From NCBI RefSeq assembly GCF_018977255.1, contig NW_024704743.1, positions 108,626,001 through 108,690,000 on the forward strand: DNA of 64,000 bases, read 5' to 3'. The translations under genes were made by a program, and so were the position numbers. A model generated the notes under the pieces. The model searched no databases and was not told the origin of the DNA. It worked only from the letters and a program-made list of their open reading frames with translations. The first letter of the stretch is position 1. Every line of letters begins with the position of its first letter. This document shows positions 60,886 to 64,000 of this stretch, one piece after another. Source of the stretch: Callorhinchus milii. Lineage: Eukaryota.

Positions 60886-63800
60886 CACTGTGCTCAGCTC
60901 TGTCTCACATAGTGGAAAATTAACTACATGCAACTTTTGTTAACCAGTGGGGATCCCCTGCACATCAGATACTTGAGGTCCCACTGTATTGTTCTATACA
61001 TCTTTTAGTCAATGTCGTACTGTATTGCTCTATACATCTTTAACTCAGATTTTCTTTGGTAATGAAATCATGTTTTTGTATGCTGATGAATAAATGTCCA
61101 GATGACCTTAAAATCTGTTATAGCAAGTTTACTGAATCAACTGATTCTTCCTTCCTCTAAATGAAGGACACAAAGGGTGTTTCAAATTTACTGACCTTCA
61201 GTGCATCACCCTTCGCGTCACCCCTCAGCTGTTGTTGTTTCACCTCCACCTTCATCAGGCATTACCAAGTGAAGATGTTACCTACGTCTTTCATGTTCAA
61301 TATAAAGGTTTCATTTGTTTCCCCTGCACAGCTTCAAAATCCATCAACTGTGCACCCTAGTACATAGAAGAATTGTCATTTCTGGTTGCATTTATATTCT
61401 ACTGGGAAAGGCATCACACCAGGTCTACTAGGCATTATATCTTTAAGGCATTATGTAGTTCTTACCCAGTTTAATTGGTCACTAAAGGTAGCCCTGCATG
61501 TAGTGGTAGAGAGCATTGGGCCATCAAACAGAACAGATTGTGCCAGATGTAACTCAATGGCTTGATAATAATGCTCAGCATACTGGGAATATAGAGCTTG
61601 GGATGTCAACAAGCAGCTGAAAGTGCCAGCAAACCCGCAACCAAGAGTGTCCACAAGGAAGACAAAGACAACTAAAAAGCAGGTTGCAAGAGAATGAAAA
61701 ACGATTTGCTGCTTGGTCAGTTGAAAATACCAAGAAGGTCATTTTAAAAATAGGAACAGACCAAAAGGCAAAGGGGGAATCTTTACCGATTTCTCTGAGT
61801 GGGATTGGCAATAGTCAACAGTAAATCTGCTGCAATTAGAGAAAAGCCTGATCTGATGGCTGAGAATGGAGAATATAAAGTCACATTGGGAAGAAAATTG
61901 AATCGCTTTCAGGAGCTGGTAATAGCTCAAATCACAGATAATAGAGGGGAGTGAAAATAGTTACAAGAGACTCCAGAAAGGGAACAGAAAGCTGATACAA
62001 CAGAAACAGGAATTGAGGAGCTTTGTGAGGCAGTGTTCACAAGCAGTTGTAATCAAGTGAGTCTGGATATACCTGGGGAGTTAAAAGATATAATTTAGTC
62101 ATTGGGACATTGATGTGCGCAAGATGGCTGCCACGTTAGCTCATAATATACACAGACGTTGCACTTTACAGTATATCCTACTAAGTGCTTTGAGACATCC
62201 TCTGCATTATATTAAATGTAAGAATTATTATTATTATTTTATTTATTAAGGGTTACAGTGGGAAGGTGGGACAAGGAAAGGGTTGTGGTACATGAGCTAT
62301 GGAACAGTCTGTGGCAGAGTGGGCATGATGGGCTGAAGGTAATTCCTTCCTATGTAGGTCCATGGAAGATGGTGTGAACAATAGTGGAGAATAAAATGGT
62401 AGAATATGGTACACAATGTGTGACAGTGAACCTCTCAATGCTAGATAGCAATTCGTGTTGTTAGTTGGTTAGTAAAGGAATATGAACCTCCAGCACATAT
62501 TTGGGACCATTTAAAGTAAATTCTGGTTATATTGAAAAATGCAGGATTAAAGTAATCTTTCAATAAAATGGTTGATTTAAAATGCATTTGTGGAATGAAT
62601 GAATTTGTAGCTGATTTATATTGATCTTATACTAAAAATGATATAGAAAATTAGGTTGATTGATTTGTACTTGTAGCTGGACAAGTCCAGGCATAGTTTG
62701 TGGACTGATTATTTGTTGTCAGATCCACAGAATCTCCTCTGATAGGAAGGGCTAGACATGAGAAAAGACATGTTTCTGTTGTTTGGGTGAACCATAATGT
62801 TACTTCCATCTTGGTTTTGTTTTACGCATATGTTTGCAGAGGAAGTTGTTCAGTCATTTTCTCCAAGTCTTCACTATTGCAATTCTATTTTTTTGAACAG
62901 TGTCGTTCAGTCAGGAGATGCCAGACTAAAGATTTTATTTGTAGCATCATTTAACACAATGCAGCATTTGATATATTTTAAACTGACGACTCCCTTATAT
63001 GACCATTATTGTTAAGCTAATCATTACTGTCCTGGTAACCACAGCATGCTTAAGAATTTCACGGTGCTGTCAAGTTCTGTGCATATGCATCAGGGATTAG
63101 GTTAACATGAGCATAGATCAGTTAGCTGTCCGTAGGCAGCAAAATGCCATCGGAATACAGAAGAACTTCAAATGGATACAATAACTAGCTTAAATTCATG
63201 GTGGTTTGACAATTCACTTAATATCTATTACAGTATAGGTTTTTCAATGAGATGGTTTGAAGTTAGTCAAGTCTCTATTAATACGCAGCAAGGCCAATGG
63301 AAACAAAGACAGACAGGCAGGAATACTAAGAGTGAGAGCAATAGCACAGCAGCAGTCATGGTGGAAAGGAGAGGAGTTATTTGCATGAAGTGACTAAATG
63401 GAGCCAAATTCAGGACGACACGTCTTGGGGTTCAGATGACAACGGCAACTTCTGTTATTTTAGCAATTAGATTGAAGAATTTAATACCTTCACCCTGTCA
63501 TTACAATTGCTCTAAAAATGCAGCAGTAATAGAATAATTTCCCTGGGTTCATATGATGTTCATTATTCTGTAACTTAGCAGAAATTTGATGATATATTTT
63601 CTGACCGAATGCACATTAGATATAGTAATTCCACAATTAGTTGTGGGCAAAAGAAACATGCAGTTAATGTTAGATTTTATCACATCGGAAAATAAACTAA
63701 TGTTAATAGTTTCATTTAAGTAGCCAAAGAATTAAGTGAATTGTCAGTGAGTATCATTCCTAAACATTATGCAAAAATTGCAGTAGTGATAATAGAAGTC

Positions 63801-64000
63801 AAGAGAACCAGCAAAAAATTGACAAGAGAAGGGAGTTTCTCCCAATGTCTTGGCCAACAATCCCTCAGATAAAATTACTCATTCACATAATTACTGTTTG
63901 TAGGATATTGTTGTGAGTAGATTGGCTGCTATGATTACTGATAAATACAACAACAACTTGCTCTTATATAGCCCAATCGTCTTTCCCAGTAACCCAGTCC

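Noticed and set aside
60983..61041. 23-bp direct repeat with short spacer
   Set aside because: Two copies only; ordinary local duplication with no sign of an inserted element.
61575..61990. Purine-rich coding-looking stretch
   Set aside because: Short frames with stops, no recognisable homology, no clear splice framework.
49300..64000. cyp7b1 terminal exons expected from human synteny
   Set aside because: No P450 heme motif (FxxGxxxCxG) or other CYP7-like peptide seen in the ORF track or by eye; probably beyond the window.

Overview
Vertebrate genomic DNA, most likely from a cartilaginous fish (inferred from the repeat families). The only supportable protein-coding gene is the single-exon bHLH neural transcription factor bhlhe22 (Bhlhb5/Beta3; 46772-47701, +, 309 aa). 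It lies in a ~14 kb transposon-free, visibly CpG-retaining domain with microsatellites and candidate conserved non-coding elements; a second such domain occupies the first ~2.5 kb. The rest is a gene desert filled with decayed non-LTR retroelements: a near full-length CR1 LINE (~16440-20810) interrupted by a young SINE, many L2-type LINE 3' fragments, and two tRNA-derived SINE families that share the L2 3' stem-loop tail. I found no convincing wholly new biological system. The best leads are a modular young SINE, the SINE/L2 shared tail with a compensatory base pair, a fold-back SINE rearrangement, a palindromic Penelope-like insertion with a hammerhead-like remnant, divergent CTCF motifs and an overlapping uORF on bhlhe22. 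Repeat boundaries were read by eye and are approximate; family names come from recalled consensus features, not database searches.
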